NCBI GenBank assembly: GCA_041308885.1 | Contig: JBFZAQ010000096.1 | Span: 1-41,012, forward strand | Length of the DNA: 41,012 nucleotides | Direction: 5' to 3' | From: Candidatus Omnitrophota bacterium | GTDB taxonomy: Bacteria; Omnitrophota; Gorgyraeia; Gygaellales; Profunditerraquicolaceae | Shown: positions 39,103 through 41,012 of the stretch, piece by piece | Layout: each line of letters opens with the position of its first letter | How positions within the stretch are numbered: position 1 is the first letter of the stretch | Position numbers and translations under genes: made by a program | The notes under the pieces: generated by a model | Told to the model about the DNA's origin: nothing | Database searches by the model: none | The model's input: the letters and a program-made list of their open reading frames with translations, nothing else

Positions 39103-39601
39103 CCCACAGTCCTTTAGCTTTTAAAATCAATTCGGCCGCCTCGCGCACCGCGCCTCTGCCGCCGTGACGAATAGTGATATAAAAGGCGGCTTTCTTAATG
39201 TCCTGGGCAGCATTAAATACCGCTATCGGAAGCCCGACCCGTTTCATCACTCCTAAATCAACCAGATCGTCACCGACAAAACAGATCTCCTCGCAGCCCA
39301 GGCCATATTCTTTAATCACTTTATCCAAGACGATTGTCTTGGGAGTGATATCGGCAAAAACTCTTTCCACCCGCATATCTTTAGCTCGCGGAAGAATTGA
39401 TTTTGACCCCTTAGCCGTAACTAAGATAGTCTTAATCCCCATCTTATTCAACAGATACACCCCTAAGCCGTCATGCACGTCAAAAAACTTGGCGTCGCGG
39501 CCTTTAGAATCGTAGATAATCCGCCCATCAGTCAATACCCCGTCGACATCAAGCATGAGCAACTTGATCTTTCGGGCTCTATCTTTTAATTCGGGTTCCA
39601 T
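39074..39601 (-). CDS. kdsC: 3-deoxy-D-manno-octulosonate 8-phosphate phosphatase
   Basis: HAD motif LLMLDVDGVLTDG, 175 aa, between kdsD and lptC. Confidence 0.88.
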   Translation of the reverse strand: MEPELKDRARKIKLLMLDVDGVLTDGRIIYDSKGRDAKFFDVHDGLGVYLLNKMGIKTILVTAKGSKSILPRAKDMRVERVFADITPKTIVLDKVIKEYGLGCEEICFVGDDLVDLGVMKRVGLPIAVFNAAQDIKKAAFYITIRHGGRGAVREAAELILKAKGLWDEALALYEK

Positions 39602-39621
39602 GGCAAGTGTGTAGGTGGAAA

Positions 39622-39647
39622 GTTATGAGTTATGAGTTATGAGTTTA
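39622..39647. repeat. Tandem GTTATGA heptamers in the kdsD-kdsC gap
   Basis: Sequence gttatgagttatgagttatgagtttac. Confidence 0.75.
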
Positions 39648-39648
39648 C

Positions 39649-40611
39649 TTAAACTAGGCCGGCGCGCAACAAATCCTGCACATCCAGCAGGCCTATAGGC
39701 TTACCCAATTCATCGACCACCGGGACTTCATCTATTTTTTTGGTTTCCAGCAAATGCATAGCTTCGGCTGCCAAGGTGTTCTTTTTCACCACCAAGGGAT
39801 TGCGCGTCATAACCTTATCTATTAACCGATTAGGCAAGCCCGTATCACTCTCGAGGTGCCGGCGCAAATCTCCATCGGTAAAAATACCCACCAGCTTGCC
39901 GGATTTATTAACGATAGAAACGCAACCTGCCCGGGCTTGGGTTATAATCAACAAAACCTGCGCAACCTTAGAATCTTGACGGGCTACCGGATTATTCCTG
40001 CCGGTGCGCATAAGATCTTCAACTTTAAGCAGTAAACGCTTGCCCAAAGCGCCGCCCGGATGAAAAAAAGCAAAATCCTTCTCTTTAAAGCCTTTTAATT
40101 CCAATAAACAAACCGCTAAAGCATCAGTCATGGCCAAGGTAGCCGTTGTCGAAGCCGTCGGGGCTAAGCCTAAAGGGCAAGCCTCTTTTTTTACCGCCAC
40201 ACTCAAAACTACGTCGCTGTATTGAGCCAACAAGGACTTCGGATTACCGGTCAAGCCGATGACCCGCGCTCCGATCTTCTTTAACAAGGGCAGCAACTGG
40301 CGAATCTCCTCGCTGTTACCGCTGTTGGAAATAATGACGATTATGTCATCGGGAGTTACCCGGCCTAAATCGCCGTGTACTGCCTCCGTAAGATGCAGAT
40401 ATAGGCTGGGAGTTCCCGTTGACGCTAAAGTCGCGGAAAACTTCTGGGCGATGATCCCGGTTTTACCCATGCCGCTGACTACCACCCGGCCTTTAGCCCC
40501 CAGCAATAAATTGACCGCTTTCTCGAATTTAGCGTCAATTGACTCTTTGAGCTGCCGAATGGCTGCGGATTCAATATCTAAGACCTCTTTGGCGCGTTTT
40601 AAAATATCCAT
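39649..40611 (-). CDS. kdsD: Arabinose-5-phosphate isomerase (KdsD/KpsF; SIS plus tandem CBS domains)
   Basis: SIS motif VVVSGMGKTGIIAQK and two C-terminal CBS repeats. The start is re-called to ATG 40611; the track's first 21 codons translate the repeat. Confidence 0.88.
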   Translation of the reverse strand: MDILKRAKEVLDIESAAIRQLKESIDAKFEKAVNLLLGAKGRVVVSGMGKTGIIAQKFSATLASTGTPSLYLHLTEAVHGDLGRVTPDDIIVIISNSGNSEEIRQLLPLLKKIGARVIGLTGNPKSLLAQYSDVVLSVAVKKEACPLGLAPTASTTATLAMTDALAVCLLELKGFKEKDFAFFHPGGALGKRLLLKVEDLMRTGRNNPVARQDSKVAQVLLIITQARAGCVSIVNKSGKLVGIFTDGDLRRHLESDTGLPNRLIDKVMTRNPLVVKKNTLAAEAMHLLETKKIDEVPVVDELGKPIGLLDVQDLLRAGLV

Positions 40612-40633
40612 AGCGCTCGACCTTATATTCTTG

Positions 40634-40736
40634 AAATCCCAATGACCAAATCCCAAGCCCCAATGAACGACCAATTACCAATTCTCAATTGAGATTTGGT
40701 TATTGGAAATTCATTGGGATTTGGAAATTGGGATTT
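40634..40736. repeat. NNNCCAA-heptamer palindromic element, copy 7
   Basis: Sequence aaatcccaatgaccaaatcccaagccccaatgaac...aaattcattgggatttggaaattgggattt. Confidence 0.9.
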
Positions 40737-40743
40737 AGTGATT

Positions 40744-41012
40744 TTATAATACCTTTTCTATATTCTTAATCTCTTTGAGCAACTTAGTAAGAGCCTTATA
40801 ATCAATCATATTCGGCCCGTCACACGGCGCTTCGTCCGGCCGCGGATGGACCTCGAGGAACAATCCGTCACAACCAAAAGCAGCTGCCGCCCGCGCTAGG
40901 CCGGCCACAAACTCCCGCCGGCCGCCCGATGAACCGCCTTTCCCGCCCGGCAGCTGAACACTATGCGTGGCGTCGTAAATGACCGGATACCCGAAATCCC
41001 GCATGATCTTCA
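40744..41012 (-). CDS. kdsA: 2-dehydro-3-deoxyphosphooctonate aldolase (KDO-8-P synthase), C-terminal part; the gene continues beyond the window
   Basis: [15 protein letters not shown] and LFLEVHP motifs. The reading frame stays open to the window edge (..KIMRDFGYP). Confidence 0.88.
   Translation of the reverse strand, partial: KIMRDFGYPVIYDATHSVQLPGGKGGSSGGRREFVAGLARAAAAFGCDGLFLEVHPRPDEAPCDGPNMIDYKALTKLLKEIKNIEKVL

Overview
This is a 41 kb chromosomal window from a diderm bacterium. It carries Kdo and Lpt lipopolysaccharide genes and MEP-pathway genes, and it looks like an uncultured or candidate-phylum lineage. I did not attempt a finer taxonomic call. All product calls come from reading motifs in the supplied translations; no database search was run.

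Every credible protein gene (about 40) is on the minus strand, packed into long operon-like runs with many 1-4 nt start/stop overlaps. In transcription order, from high to low coordinates:
- kdsA-kdsD-kdsC-lptC/A fusion-lptB, then tig and clpP
- a class V aminotransferase, serA, a secreted 5-prime-nucleotidase-like/thioredoxin-fold fusion, an HMGL-type synthase and purA
- an OmpA-like lipoprotein plus a coiled-coil lipoprotein
- a DUF4912-like protein and a GH57 branching enzyme
- uppS-cdsA-dxr-rseP-ispG, an orphan cpaF, and proS-rimP-nusA-infB
- trpS-scpA-ruvB
- a 2 kb repeat-rich accessory island (orphan 172-aa ORF, unannotated 45-aa zinc-ribbon ORF, HTH-Doc toxin-antitoxin pair)
- queH, a DUF2905-like protein, a SpoIID-like protein, queA, an STT3/PglB-type oligosaccharyltransferase, tgt, and the start of trmD

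Three things stand out:
1. Almost every intergenic gap is filled from stop codon to ribosome-binding site by a long hairpin built from tandem heptamers plus their reverse complement. One sequence family (NNNCCAA heptamers) occurs seven times, and two such palindromes lie inside signal-peptide coding regions.
2. The 7.9-9.5 kb island holds three copies of a ~125-170 nt rod-like hairpin with compensatory base changes. They flank the orphan ORF in inverted orientation, and there is a filled-versus-empty site pair.
3. A complete STT3/PglB-type oligosaccharyltransferase is embedded in the queuosine operon.

I saw no rRNA, tRNA or CRISPR array. Several supplied ORFs have spurious N-terminal extensions that read through repeats or ribosome-binding sites, and I re-called those starts.
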